64,000 nt of DNA from Negaprion brevirostris (GCA_030324005.1 JARDVH010000121.1:45130365-45194364), one strand, 5' to 3'; numbered from the stretch's first letter, positions 1 through 13,637 are shown. Numbers and translations are program-made. Notes: generated by a model not told the origin, from the sequence alone.

Positions 1-503
1 AGAAAAGAGTGCTAAAGAGATTTACTAGGATGCTGCGGTACTTGATGGTTTGAGTAATAAGGAGAGGCTGGATAGACTGGGACTTTTTTCCCTGGAGCGT
101 AGGAGGCTGAGGGATGATCTTATAGAGGTTTATAAAATAATGAGAGGCTCAGATCAGCTAGATAGTCAATATCTTTTCCCAAAGGTAGGGGAGTCTAAAA
201 TTAGAGGGCACAAGTTTAAGGTGAGAGGGGAGATATAGAAATGTGTCCAGAGGGGCAATTGTTTTCACGCAGAGGGTGGTGAATGTTTGGAACAAGCTAC
301 CAGAGGTAGTAGTAGAAGTGGGCACAATTTTGTCTAATAAAAAAACGTTTAGACAGTTACGTGGGTAAAATGGGTATGGAGGGATATGGGCCAAATGCGG
401 GCAATTGGGATTAGGTTAGGGGTTTAAAACAAAAGGGCAGCATGGATAAGTTGGGCCAAAGGGTCTGTTTGCATGCTGCAAACCTCTATGACTCTATGAT
501 TCT
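1..503 (+). mobile_element. CR1-group LINE 3' end
   Basis: ORF 50..238 ERLDRLGLFSLERRRLRDDLIEVYKIM...RGHKFKVRG is the CR1 ORF2 C-terminus; ends in (actctatg)-type tail repeats. Confidence 0.9.
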
Positions 504-1239
504 CTATTGTTTAGAGATCAGTTTTTGTATTCAGAAAAAAAAAATCAGGATCTTTTCCGTTTTCCACACAGTGGCAGCACTGGGCACTCCCAAGTCATCC
601 ACTATAGTGGACCAAACAAGATTTAGCATTTGACTTGCAGTCATTCTTTGTTTACTTTGCAATATATTCTAACTAAACAGGGTGGCCGTGTTTTACGCAT
701 TTGTAACAATGATTGCTAAAATAAACACAATATCAGACAAATAAGTTGTCTTCAAAGAGAAAAATCCTGGGAGAACTCATTATTTCAACCTGGGGGAGGA
801 AGTTCTGAATAAAAGTCCTGTGTTTAAACATGAGTTTGCAGCTGACAGTGTTAAGAAGCACAATACATTATGGAAATGGGAGTAGCAAATTACCAAGCCA
901 CATTGTGACTGGGCAAAAGTCTGTAAAAAATGTATATGATGAGATAATGTTGACAATATTAAGAATCATGTCCCACCTGAGGATAACAGAACATGGTTAT
1001 CAGGCAAAAAAAATCTCTTAACTGAATTAAGAACAGATATAAGTAGAATACTTCTTATAGTCACAGCACTACTATAAAATCCAGCAAAATTCCCATGTGT
1101 TGAAGGGTCATGGCATCAATCTGTGTATCATGTTTATGCTCTACCTCATACTCCAACTCCTTTCTAAGCTGTGTATATTTAAGGTCTTGCAATGATTTAT
1201 AAAATATTTACAAGATACATATGCAAATATCCAAAATAG

Positions 1240-1512
1240 AAGCAGAAGTAGGCCATTTAGCCCCTCAAGCCTGCTCTGTCATTCAATGGCTGATCTGTTT
1301 GTGTTTTGAATTCTGCGTTCCTGTTTATCCCTGATAAGCTTTGATTCCTAAGCCTAACAATAATCTATCTACTTGCACCTTTAAAATGTTCAAAGACCCT
1401 GCCTCCACCACCTTCTGAGGCAGGGAGTTCCAAAGCCACAACACTCAAGAGAAAAAAATTCTCTTCATCTCTGTCCTGAAAGGGTAACCCCTAATTTTAA
1501 AACTGTGCCTCC
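1240..1512 (-). mobile_element. CR1-group LINE 3' end
   Basis: Minus strand encodes RRHSFKIRGYPFRTEMKRIFFS followed by a CR1-type 3'UTR. Confidence 0.8.
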
Positions 1513-1549
1513 TCTTGAGTGAGGCCAGAATTAGGGAACATGTTTTCCA

Positions 1550-1842
1550 GGGTGGCACAGCTGCCTCACAGTGCCTGGGACTCAGATTCAATTCCCAGTC
1601 ACTGTCTGTGTGGAGTTTGCATGTTCTCCCTGTGTCTGCATCGGTTTCCTCCGGGTGCTTCGGTTTCCTCCCACAGTCCAAAGATGTGCTGGTTAGGTGG
1701 ACTGGCCATGTTAAATTGCCACTTAGTACCGGGGGACTAGCTAGGGTAAATGCAAGTGGTTATGGGGATAGATCCTGGATGGGATTGTGGTCTGTGCAGA
1801 CTGGATGGGCCAAATGGCCTCCTTCTGCACTGTAGGATTCTG
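1550..1842 (+). mobile_element. HE1-type tRNA-derived V-SINE
   Basis: ggtggcacag head (A box partly deleted), V-domain tgtggagtttgcatgttctccc...ggtttcctcc, LINE-derived tail. Confidence 0.9.
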
Positions 1843-2194
1843 ATATGCAGTGAATCATGTCATAGATTCACTGCATTTCATAGACTCTATGATGAATCCC
1901 CATAGCAGTATGTGTTTGCATATTCTAAGATACCCTTTACATTGCTTTTTAAAACTCAGGGTCAAAATGTTATGTAAAGTTCCCATGTTAAACTTGATAA
2001 TGCCAAAAATACTTTATTAGAAAACGTAAAGAGTAATTTGCAGACCATATTATCTCAGGATCTGTGTGTGTAAGCAGGATATCTGATTTTGTAATCATCT
2101 AAATAGCACTGCACAGAAGGTGTTTCCTTTAATTTGCTCTAATCTTTGCAGCTTTCTCTGATTTGCCTTAGGCCCTTTGGAGCAGTAAACCTAC

Positions 2195-2302
2195 CTCAGC
2201 ACTCTGTCAGAACTTTGGCTGCTCTTGGGAGATTCACTGTTATGCTGTTTCTCGTGAGATTTTGCCAGTTTCTCAGCGGCAGCGATGGGACATCCAGAAA
2301 GG
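2195..2302 (-). CDS. MYT1: MYT1 exon: [36 protein letters not shown]; gene continues beyond position 1
   Basis: ctttctttgtcccag|C CTT TCT GGA TGT CCC...CTG AG|gtaggt; 108 nt; completes ZF3. The next expected exon (PMCFVKQLE...) is not visible in 1-2194. Confidence 0.96.
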
Positions 2303-2699
2303 CTGGGACAAAGAAAGCAGCAATTTAAGTTAGCTACACTTTTGAGGACAGCTTTTCATCAAAAAGATATTTTAAAAAAAACAATATCTATTTTGGCTGC
2401 ATTTTGTGAATGGTCTTGTACAAACACTTCACAATCTTGTACATAATCCATCGACCATTCTTTGAATGTAAGGATTAACCCATTTGCTATAAACATACCA
2501 TGCAGAAAAAAGTACCAGACAAGAAATAGTTTCCTTAATTTCTAGAATACTGCAAGTAAATAAATTTGCAACACTATTTTGTTACTGATTGTATTCGGTA
2601 TTTCCTTTTATTAGGCAAGGTAACTATTAAGTCAACTTGAAGGTTGTGTAGATTTAACTCCATATTAAATTGTAGAACTTAATGGTAAAGAAAAGTAAG

Positions 2700-2990
2700 T
2701 AGATTTATTTGTATAGCACATTTCATTATTTCAGCTTGCCTCAAAACACTTCATAGGCCATATGTCACCAAAAGTCCTGCCGCCCAATGAAGTGGGATCA
2801 TTGCTTGCTTTTGGCCCGGACAGCATGCCTTCATCCTTACCTGAAAACTACAGTCCTTACCTGAAAGACAGCCTCTGACCGTGCAACGCACCCTCAATGT
2901 CAGCCTGGATATCTGGTCAGGTGAGGGGGAAGTTGATCACATGACTTTCTGACATGCAGGTGAATGTACTACAACTGGGCCAGCTGACTA
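2700..2990 (-). mobile_element. Decayed DeuSINE/SacSINE1-like SINE
   Basis: gaaagacagcctctgaccgtgcaacgcaccctcaatgtcagcctgga resembles the reverse-complemented Deu domain; L2-like tail at the left end. Confidence 0.5.
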
Positions 2991-4025
2991 AGCCTTGTAG
3001 CCATGATTTCTGCTCCGATATATGTGCTTGATTAGGTGAGGACAAGATCAGGTTCAGTTGTAATGCTTCCCAGGAGGTACCGGACAATGATCAGAAACAG
3101 CTATTTTTTTTCTTTCTCCCCTAAACTAGGGCAGGGGGGCCAAATGTACCTTGGTGGAGATGTGCAAAGTCCGCACTGGCTGGTCACAAGATAAGATAGA
3201 TCCAAATTTGTATCATCAAAGTTGCCACCTTCTGGTAATCTTTTGTACACATTCGTGGGAACTGGCTGGCCAGCATTTATTACCCATCCCTAGTTACCCA
3301 TGTACAGAGGGTAGTTGAGAGTCAACTAGATTGCTGTGGATCTGTAAGCCAGACCAGATAAGACACATAGGAGCTTGCAGTTTTGGGTGGCTCAACTTCT
3401 CACTGAGTACTTACATTCAGCCACACACAGTGCATTCAACAGAATGAGAGTTCCGCATTGGCCAGGGCATTAGGTAGCAGAAGTCACTCCAGGGAAGTCT
3501 AAACTGGCCAGTTTCACACAGCTTCTATCATTCTGTTCTGAGACAGAGTTTTGGGAGTAGGCACTTTTTTCCCCTCTCTCTACAAAAACTATTTTGCCAT
3601 AATTAATGTTATTGTTCATTTCTTTCAGAAATCATTACCTTATTGAGGTGAGAGGCGATAGTCTCTGCCTTTAGTAGCTGTTAGGTCATAATCCCCTCCC
3701 TTACATTGGGGAACTGTCCAACATTGCAGCTGCTGACAGATTAACCATGACTGTATGGCGTAGTGCACTGAAACATTAATGTGGCAACTACCTGCCTGCT
3801 CTGGAAATTAGGAAATCATTTGTTCAATCCTCCTTAAAAAGCCAAAAGAATTGACACAAGCCATCTTTTTTCAGATTTTGAAAATAACCACATACTTCAA
3901 GAGTAAATTTGAGCTCGATTTAACATCCACTCCAGGACATAGGTAGTACAACAGTTCTTCAGCATCTTTCACTTTCAAGTAATGTCAAAGTATAATGAAT
4001 CAGTATAATGAAGAGAGTGCCCCTA

Positions 4026-4253
<228 letters not shown>

Positions 4254-4298
4254 TCATCTGAGCTTTAGTTTCATGGCGGAAGTATCAGGTAACTTCAT

Positions 4299-4959
4299 GG
4301 GGGCAACTCTCCCAGCCCAACGCAATGGGTCAGGAGACATCAGCGGAGGCTGTTTAGTAGGCAACTCGCTGAGCACCATGGCCTTCGTATATTTCTGGCC
4401 CCATGATTTTTGGATATTTCTGATGCATAGCTAATTTAAATATTTAAATTAAAATTTCCCTATCAGTAGTGGACCTGAGACTGAAGCCTCTGAGCTTGCT
4501 AGTGTCTCTTTCCCCGCCCCTGCCAGGAATGGTTCAATCCAGCGGGATTTACTCCTGCTCCACATAAATGGGCATTGCCTGCTCGGCATCGGGCAGTGCC
4601 AGAGGGTGGGGCATAGGGACGATCTATGGATTGTGGGGCCTATGGAGAGACAATAGGGCTGGCCAGTGATTGGGCTGGCCAGCGACTGGGAGGCCGGCAG
4701 TGCAGGGCCACTGTATGTGCGCCGATCTCGGCACTGACAGATCGATGCGTGCACAGTGGCCCACTCAGTGCTATGCTGCTGGTCTCTCCAGTGCAAATAG
4801 GCCCCGCCCACTGATTTTCAGTGTGAATCTCACTAGGGCACACTACAGTACTGAGTGTGAGAGATTCATTTCGAAAATCTTGCTAAAAAGATCGGCAGGA
4901 GTTACTCCTGTTTTCACATGAATTCGGTATCTAGAATGTTTTTGGGAGCATCGCCTCCC
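4299..4959. mobile_element. Non-autonomous DNA transposon with terminal inverted repeats
   Basis: GC-rich insert bounded by gggggcaactctccc ... gggagcatcgcctccc (imperfect TIR); no coding capacity. Confidence 0.6.
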
Positions 4960-5535
4960 TATATGTGAATGCTGCAGGATACTTAACATTCGGAAGAGGA
5001 AATCACAATGGGAATTTGATTCTATCCTCACATACGATTCGCACTTAGTTTTCCAACAGGAGTCATTGGATAGCAATCAAGGGCAGGAACCCTGAGGCCA
5101 AGTGTATCACTTCTAATTGCTATGAACTCAGCACAAGCTAGCAAGGGGACTTGGAACCTTCTGGTCCGTGTGACTCTGTTATAAGCTTATTTTACATACA
5201 ATTAAACCATGGAGGCACTGAGTTGTACCAATTTAAATTATGAACAATTTAAAAAAACAGGAAGTAAACAAAAAGAGAATCATATCTCCATGGCTGTCAT
5301 TACTGGAATTATTTTCACTAATCAAGGTACAGGAGCTCACTGACAATACCATGTCCGCCACTGGGACAAATGCATTTACGTTAATGCAAACTCATAAGTA
5401 TTGATGTAATTTAATTTCTTCTACCAAATAGTTCAGTTCACACAGCACATTTCACTATTATCACATGTCACAGTGGGTGGTTGAGATGAATAGTGTATAT
5501 TTATTTAATGGGAAGTTAGATAAAATTTTTGAAAA

Positions 5536-5888
5536 TTCTTTCATGGGATGTGGGTGTCGTTGGAAAGGCCAGCATTTGTTGCTATCCATAATTGCCCTTG
5601 AAGTGAATGGTTTGCAAGGCCATTTCGGAGGGTATTTAAAAGTTAACTACATTGCTGTGCGTTTGGAGTCACGTGTAGGCCAGACCAGGTAAAGATTTTC
5701 ATCCCTAAAGGGAATTAGTGAGACCAGATGGGTTTTTGCGACAGTTGACAATGGTGTCATGGTCATCATTGGACTTTTAACCCCAGGTTTTTATTGAATT
5801 CAAATTTCACCTCCTGGGTCCCCACAGCATACACCCTGGTTCTCTGAATTACTAGCCCAATGACAATAACACTGTGTCATCACCTTCC
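5536..5888 (-). mobile_element. tRNA-headed SINE (second family) sharing its 3' tail with a CR1-group LINE
   Basis: Similar over its length to 10540-10888 (ggccagcattt...attgccc tail; ccagatgggttttt; gaattcaaattt). A partial copy lies at about 3248-3360. Confidence 0.75.
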
Positions 5889-6703
5889 TGGAGGGAGAAG
5901 GAAATAAAGGGTTAATTGAAAGGTTTGGATGAGGAAAATGGAAAGAGGCCTGAGTGAAGCATGAATGCTGGTGTGGGTTGATAGGATCAAATGGCCTGTT
6001 GCTGTGCTTCATATTTTATGTAATCCAATGAAAAAGTACTTGCTGATTTAAGGCTACTCTTCCTTAACAAAACAGGCTGCTTTCACACAGTTAATTTGTA
6101 ATCTTGTGCTTTTGTTCTAAAAGTGATCTTCATTATCAGTAATTGAGCCAGTATTGACTTTTACACACTTTTTATTGTAAGGTTATAAATAATAATTCAT
6201 CATGGTTACCTGAAACCCATGAGTCACAGAAAAATTACTAAGCTGGATCTTATAATTGCTGTCAGCAAAATGTAAGTGAACAAGTACTTTGCATTGTCAT
6301 ATCAAATTCCTTCAGCATTATAACGGAAGAAAGAACTCGTTTATTTTAAATGGGTTCACACGTCCATTGAAAATACCAGAGAGATAATTAATGTGAGAAA
6401 ATAATTTGTTTGCACAATATAATTGTTGCCAATATTTTTGTTCTCCCGGCTGTCAATGACACACAAGGGTAAGTTTACAAATTGGTACTCTTGGGTCACA
6501 GCTTTGTCTTCTGGGGGTGAATTTGGGGACTTTGGGTGAAAATTCCCATACTTTTCCATCCATTATGAATAACATGTAAAACTGCCTAAGTAAGGCTATG
6601 AAGTTCTGGGTTGGGAATACCGATTGGTAAAACAAAACCTGTTTAGCAGCGCTGTGAAGTTTAATCAAACAAGGAGCAATCTCACAAAAAAGCAGCTACT
6701 CAC

Positions 6704-6869
<166 letters not shown>

Positions 6870-7094
6870 TTAAGAATTCCCTTGTGTGCTTCCCGTCATT
6901 AGCTTATCCTCTGAGGTTACAGGAAGCTTGAGAAGTACAGCTTTGTGAGAGCTGCAGAGCCTGTCACGTTCATTATCCCCCCTTTCGATAAGGTATTTCT
7001 GATAAGATATTAAGATCTGTTTCTTTTGACTGGAACTGTTTAAGCCACGGGAAGATCACAAGATAGATTCACATGGCGAAGTCCATTCTTTTTT

Positions 7095-7371
7095 TTTCAT
7101 GTATTAGTGTTACAAGTAGCCTTACATTAATGTTGCAATGAACTTACTGTGAAAATCCTCTAGTTGCCACACTCTGGCACCTGCTCGGGTATACTGAGGG
7201 AGAATTTAACATGTCCAATCAACCTAACCAGCGCGTCTTTTGGGCTGTCAGAGGAAACCAGAGCACCTGGAGGAAACACATGCAGACACGTGGAGAACAT
7301 ACAGACTCCGCACAGACAGTGAAGCAAGCCGGGTCTTTGGCGCTGTGAGGCAGTAGTGCTAACCACTGTGC
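7095..7371 (-). mobile_element. HE1-type V-SINE, variant tail (ccgagcaggtgccagagtgtggcaactag)
   Basis: Reverse complement gives gcacagtggttagcactactgcctcacagcgcc plus the V-domain; same tail as the copies at 47058 and 48523. Confidence 0.88.
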
Positions 7372-9085
7372 AAGCAACTCTTCAGTCATCTCATCCATGC
7401 AGAAATACCCAACTCTTCGCCCATTGGTGTGCGCCATGATTCCAAGCTTATTGTTTCCACCCCTTTACCCGGAAGATGATTCTATGTTCATTACGGTTTG
7501 TGTGAAGAAGAACTGCCTGACATCAGCCATGAATTTATCCTTTATTCACTTGAATTTGTTTCCTCTTTTCCTATTATCCGAGTTTAACTTGAAATGGGGT
7601 TCAGGACTGATCTTGCATCTGCTGTTTGTTATCTTGTACAAAACTATAATGTCCCCTCAATCATTTCCAAAAATAAGTAAATTTTTTGCTAATGTATTTT
7701 AAGAAGTTTGATTCAAGTTAAGTATGAAAACATTGAACTAATTGTATGCTAATGAACATTTGAAGATACATTTTAAATGATAATTGTTTCATACAATCTT
7801 CACTGAACAAAATGTAATTCAATTAAATATGGAAAATTACATGGGTTGCAGTTGATTATGGTTAATAATGAGTGTAAAAGTCCATTATTCCAAGGATGTG
7901 AATTATAATTCCACTATTCAGCAATGTGAAATTAAAAAAAAATATATAGTTCATGCCAGCAATTTGTTACTTAATGGTTATTTCAAGAAGGATTTAAATC
8001 TTAAAAATAAATCACATGTGGAATAAATAGACTGCTGCATTATTCATTGCTACGTTACTGATGTTCTTCCAATTGTATCAAAGTCTCCTGCAATAATTTA
8101 TTGTTCTAACCACAGTCACAAATGGCTTATCCTTTATGCATTGAGTCTCTGATATTGAAATTACAACGTGACACTAACGTATAAACATTTAATGCCTTTG
8201 TCTGTATTCTTCTTTGCTATTTCAGCAAAGGCACTTTCCATTGATTCTGAACAGATGATTGACTCCATCAAATAGTAGAATCAGGAAATTCAGAAAAAAA
8301 ACCATATAGATTGTTTGTACTCTATACCAATCTCAATTTCAGGACCTTTCATTTATTTTTTCTCCCTATTTGTCCTCAGTTGGTGAACACAGTGGCTCAT
8401 AGTGGCATTTGACAGCAACAGTCATTGGTATCTCGAAAAGTGAGGATTTCTTTTTAACAGCATGATCCTGGACACTAAAAGTGTTAGCAGGACCTCTTAA
8501 CCATGGATAGACAAATGTTTTCAGAGATACTTTCAACACAGGTCTCTTGAGAAGAGATCAGAATCAGGATCTCTGGTAAATCCTCACCCTTCCTGCATCC
8601 CCTCGTGCAGAGGCCCACTGCCACCATCCCTGTGGTCACTGCAAACTTTGAAGAGAAACAAAGCTTTCCTCATCTACACAGCATCACTAAATGCACTTAG
8701 CCAGTAAGTCATCCAGTGGACTACCAGCTGGATATGTTATGCATAAGTAATAAGTCACTTTTAAGTTTGCTTCACTTTTCACAAAAGTAAATTACCAAAA
8801 TGCTAGAATCAATTGCTGTTTTTACAATATCTTGTGTCTTTATTCTGCATTAGGTTGAATAATTCAGAGAAATGTTTTAGTTTGGTTAATAGCTCTGGCT
8901 TCAGTACTAGCACAGCTGCAGAGCATGTGTAATTTGCTCAGTGTGTGATCAGTTATTTTATGCATACGGTACAGCACGTTTTATGCTCAATGTGGTGGAA
9001 TAACAATGTACACTGCACTGAAAATTAAATCACTGTACATAGAATAATCAAGTAATTGTCATCCAGGCTACAACTTGCCACTTAC

Positions 9086-9982
9086 CTTTACTATAAAGGT
9101 TCTTCCTGATGGAATCCAAAGATTTATTTGGCTTGTCTTCCATGTGGATATGCCGCATTTGTTCCCCTGATATCCTACTGGGCTCTCGGTTTACATCTTC
9201 TCTTTTCATCTTCACCTGCTCAGCTTTCAGAGCAATGGCTTGCTCTAGGAGCCCAAGATTTCCTTTTGTCATCATATCATAAATTTCTAACTCTTCAGTG
9301 ATTGCAGACTTTGGAGGTAAACTCTCGCTCTCATCAGTGCATTCCTCCAGATTGTCCTCTGCAAGTGCTGGACTTTCTGACTTTGGTTGTCCTTCACAGT
9401 GAACTTCCTGTTCTGTCTCTTGTGATAGTTGCACTATTACTTCAGCACTGTCCTTGTATTGCACATTGGTGGACTTGTCCTCCTCCATATCCTGCTTCAT
9501 TTCAGCCTCATCAACCTCTTGTTGGAAAACGATTGTCTGTTCGCTGCAGTGGGAGGAATCAGTTGTGTCCTTAAACTCTTTACACTCTTCTTCATTTGTT
9601 TCATCAGCGGATGGAAGCACATTTTCGATTGTGTTTTCTTCGATCGAATCACGATCCTGGTCAACTTCTTTTTCACATTCAGAATCTTCAGTCACAGTCT
9701 CACTTTCCATAATTTCCTTCCCAGAATCGCTTTCTTCTTCTGTTGTTTCCTGATGTGTGTTGTCTTTAGTATAAATGCAAGTCTCTGTAGTTTGTGACTC
9801 ACTGTTAATTGGCTTTTTATCAGAGAATGAAGGAATTGCGGTATCGTCTACTATTTTGCCAAGATTCAGGAGTGATTTGGCAACTAATTCCTGATAGTTA
9901 ACAAAATCGTCCTTTCGAGTACTGACATTCCTGGCTCCATCCTCCCAATAATGCCTATCATCTTGCCCTTTAAGCCTGGCAT
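9086..9982 (-). CDS. MYT1: MYT1 large acidic exon (897 nt)
   Basis: ttttcctttattgcag|AT GCC...AAA G|gtaagt, within ORF 9048..10019. Contains NYQELVAKSLLNLGKI and YDMMTKGNLGLLEQAIALKAEQV, conserved family blocks. Confidence 0.95.
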
Positions 9983-10539
9983 CTGCAATAAAGGAAAATG
10001 ATACATGTTTAGTTTCCATTACGACTGCATACTCACAGAAGAATAGCCCAAACCATTATCATTAAATCGCTTATTGCACTTATACTAGTTAATCACCTGT
10101 GACACAGCTTGTGGCAAGTCAAATAATATCCATTCAATAATGATGGGAGTGTCATATCAGATAACCATGCATTGTATTACCTTTGTTATTGAAATGAAAC
10201 TGCTTAAAATAGCCTGCCCCTTTAAGGCTTTAAACATGCTGAAAACCTTGAGGATGGGTTAGAGAAATTAGAAGTTGGTGAACAAAGTTTTCAGATTGTC
10301 AGGTGTCTGTAAATTCCAAGCTCCAGGTTAGAAGAAACTAGCAATGAAAGACAGTCTTTCTTCATTCATACTTCCAGCACTTTGGAGTGTGGTGCCCACA
10401 GTGTGGCAGATGTGTGTTCAGTTCTCAAAATGCACTGCAGTATTGTTCTAAGTTAATCTAATAAACAGGTTGAAGGTTCTGTTTCTGAGCATTACACTGA
10501 TCTTTTGAAATATTTTTGCAGAGCAAAATGGGCAATTGT

Positions 10540-10888
10540 TTTATTCATTCGTGGGACATGGGCATCGCTGGTTGGCCAGCATTTATTGCCCATCCCTAAT
10601 TGCCCAAGTGCAGGTGAGAGTCACCCACATTGCTGTGGCTCTGGAGTCACATGTAGGCCAGCTAGGGTAAGGACGTCAGATTTCCTTCCCCAAAGGACAT
10701 TAGTGAACCAGATGGGTTTTTCCAACAATGGTTTCATGGTCATCACTAGACCCTTAATTCCCGATATTTTTTATTGAACTCAAATTCTACCATCCGCCTT
10801 GGTGGGATTCGAACCTGGGTCCCCCAGAACATTAAGTGAGTTTCAAGATTAATAGTCCAGCAATAATAGCACTAGGCCATCGCTTCTC
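10540..10888 (-). mobile_element. tRNA-headed SINE (second family), near full length
   Basis: Minus strand shows tggcctagtg (A box), ggttcgaatccc (B box) and tail gggcaattagggatgggcaataaatgctggcc, shared with the LINE ends near 13400, 14990 and 47700. Confidence 0.82.
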
Positions 10889-11330
10889 CGACTTTCATTG
10901 TTACCTTTACAATTCAGCACAGAATAGTCATCAGATCTTCTTATAGGTGCAAGGTATAATTTACAGCAAGTCATTAAACTGGCAGAGCTGGTAGCGCTGC
11001 TCATGACTTTTTTTTTGGGTCTGCCAAAATGGAATCATGTTTAGCCTGATCTGCCCCTTCAAGGTTAATGCTCACATACTCCACAGAAGATGTCTAACTA
11101 TAAGCAATTCGAGCTAACAGTAGCTGATCGTAAAATATTGGTCCCATTTCAGAAAAAAAAACAGCAGGAATGGGAACATCTGGACTGCAACAGGTGCTCA
11201 TTAAACTGTTGTAAATGCTCCAAGGTCTTGTGGCAATTATCATGTGATCTGGAAGTTAGTGTATGATGTTATAGCATTGATTGAAAATTATTTGTAATAT
11301 TTCTGTGGATTTTTGTAATTTGTACTGCAC

Positions 11331-11605
11331 CTGCTACTGATTCAGCGCTTTCAATTTCTTCCATATTTTTTGCTTCTTCCTCCTCCTCCTCCTCTTCTTC
11401 TATTTCATCTTCGACTTCAAGTGCTTCTTCTGATTCATCTGCAACCGACTCCTCCTTTAAGTCCAATTCAACTACTCCATCACTATCTCCGTTATAACCT
11501 TCATCTAAAGCAAGTTTCAATGGATGGGATTTCCTTTTGGTTAGAGGTTGATCAGAATCGATGTCTTGTATTTTCCTTTTCTTGACCAAAGGGCACCCTT
11601 GTGAA
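11331..11605 (-). CDS. MYT1: MYT1 exon: end of ZF1 (SQGCPL), KKRK, KRKSHPLKLALDEG and poly-Glu tract
   Basis: Acceptor tttgttataag; matches ORF 11269..11589. KRKSHPLKLALDEGY is MYT1-type. The donor CAG|gtgcag is weak but gives the phase 1 required by the next exon. Confidence 0.9.
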
Positions 11606-11888
11606 CTTATAACAAAAAGATCATTTCAGTTATCTGAAAGGCACTTCTTTTTAAAAAACACAAAAGTTTGAGTATACTTGCTTTAAATAGATTCTACAGT
11701 TATTCCAAGTTTCTAAATAATGAAGAAACTTTGTCAGTAAACTCAGGCTCTGAAATTGCACTTAAGTTACATTAGCTTGACCTAACCTCCGCTCTTTTAT
11801 TATTGCTATTCCGATTTGAACATACCAGTATCTCATGACGCAATTTTAAGGCCATGGTCTTCAACTTTGGAAAAATAGAAAGGACTTA

Positions 11889-11993
<105 letters not shown>

Positions 11994-12729
11994 TTAGAGA
12001 ACAATACAATATTGCAATCTTCTTCTTGGGAATGGCAATGCTCCAGCCAATAATTTTAATGAGAAAAGTGAGATAAATATAAATGGGATTTCCAACACCT
12101 CTGTCCATTCTAGCCTTAAGTTTCAAAAATGTGTGAAAGATAATATTCATTTTTCAACCTTTTATTTTTAGTGTTGAGCATTGTTCATTCTTTGGACTTT
12201 GACACACAAGGAAATCCACAAATTTCAATTCTGCCACTATTTGGTTGTCAGTAGACCTGAAGTTTTGAATGATTGCCCAAGATACAACTTATTTAGATGC
12301 CTTACAGTACTTGGAGACATTTCATACAGCCTGTCTCTAAAAGTGTTTTACTTTGCTGCAATATTTGTACCTTTAAAAGCCATTGCTCCAAGACAAAATT
12401 GATTACCTACGAGGTTGGAATTACGCTCACCTTTCTTAAAAAGAGGTCACAACTCACTTTCCAGATTATAGTAACAACCTGTGCCTTGGCTCCTTCCCCT
12501 TGCCATGCTTAATTACCACATCCACCCAGATCAAGGTTTGAATTTATTTTTTGGCAAACAGCTATGCTAGCAAGATAACTTTGTCAGAATTAAAGCATCG
12601 TGGAATAAAATCTTATAAAAGTGTTATTGGAGAAACTGGGCTTTCATTATTTCTGAGATTTTATCCTTCCCACTCTACAACACTTTTCTTTATAGGTCGA
12701 ATAGACTTTTTAATTCTGAGAGCAGACAA

Positions 12730-13412
12730 TATTGACAATCTCCCCATGACATTCAATGGCATTACCATCATTGAATCCCCCACTACTCACATTGACAGTT
12801 ATCATTTACCAGAAACTGACTGGGCCAGTCATATAAAAACTGTGACTACAAGGATAGGTCAGAGGCTTGGAATTTTGACGTGAATAACTCACGGTCCGAA
12901 ATCCTAGAGTCTGTCCACCATCTACAAGCGCAAGTCAAGAGTGTGATGTAATACACTCCACATGCCTGGATGAGTGCAGCTCTAACAACTCTTCAGAAGC
13001 TTGATACCATACAAGGAAAAATAAAATCCCATTTGATTGGCATCCCCATCCACCACCTTAAAGATTCACTTGCTTTACCACTCTCACACAGAAGCAGCAA
13101 TCAGTACCATTCTACAAGATGCAATGCAGTAACTAATCAAGGTTCCTTCCAACCTATGACCTCTACTGCCTAGAAAGACAAGAGCAGAAGATGCATAGGC
13201 ACACCACCACGTGCAGGTACCCCTCCAAGTCACACACCATCTTGACTTGGAACCATATTGTCGTTTCTTCACTGTTGCTGGGTCAAAACTTTGGAATCCC
13301 CTTCCTGACAGGGTGTACAACACACAATGGACTGCAGTGGTCCAAGAAGGTGATCATCACCACCTTCACAAGGACAATTAGGATAAGCAATAAATGTTGG
13401 CCTAGAAATGAA
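12730..13412 (+). mobile_element. Decayed CR1-group LINE 3' end
   Basis: PMTFNGITIIESPT, WASHIKTVTTRIGQRLGIL and WMSAALTTLQKLDTIQ fragments, then the 3'UTR/tail. Confidence 0.85.
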
Positions 13413-13606
13413 TNNNNNNNNNNNNNNNNNNAATAAAGGATTGGGAACAGGGCCATAAGATTTTCATGATTTTCCTGATTTGCTCTGTTTCAGCTTGGCA
13501 GGACCAGTGTAAACCTCCCCCATGTCTATTCAGAAACAATCTTAATGAGACTTATAAAAAAAGCTAACACACTAAAATCCAACTGAATATTCAGAATTCA
13601 TCGTAC

Positions 13607-13637
13607 CTTACATCTTGTCCCACAGGCTCCACAGGTA
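13607..13637 (-). CDS. MYT1: MYT1 31-nt micro-exon, (I)PVEPVGQDV(S)
   Basis: tgcccag|TACCTGTGGAGCCTGTGGGACAAGATGTAAG|gtacga. Phase 1 in and phase 2 out joins the flanking exons in frame. Resembles MYT1L VPVEPAIQELFS. Confidence 0.88.

Noticed and set aside
9302-9797. Plus-strand ORFs 9302..9574, 9429..9797 and 9454..9753 (also 11370..11585)
   Set aside because: Antisense shadows of the acidic MYT1 exons; low complexity with no independent gene signal.
10790-10888. tRNA-like A and B boxes here and in the HE1 heads
   Set aside because: These are SINE heads; no complete cloverleaf, so no tRNA gene is called.
11660-11770. Several AAGTT/AACTT words in the intron splitting ZF1 (autoregulation?)
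   Set aside because: Too short and too common in AT-rich DNA to be meaningful.
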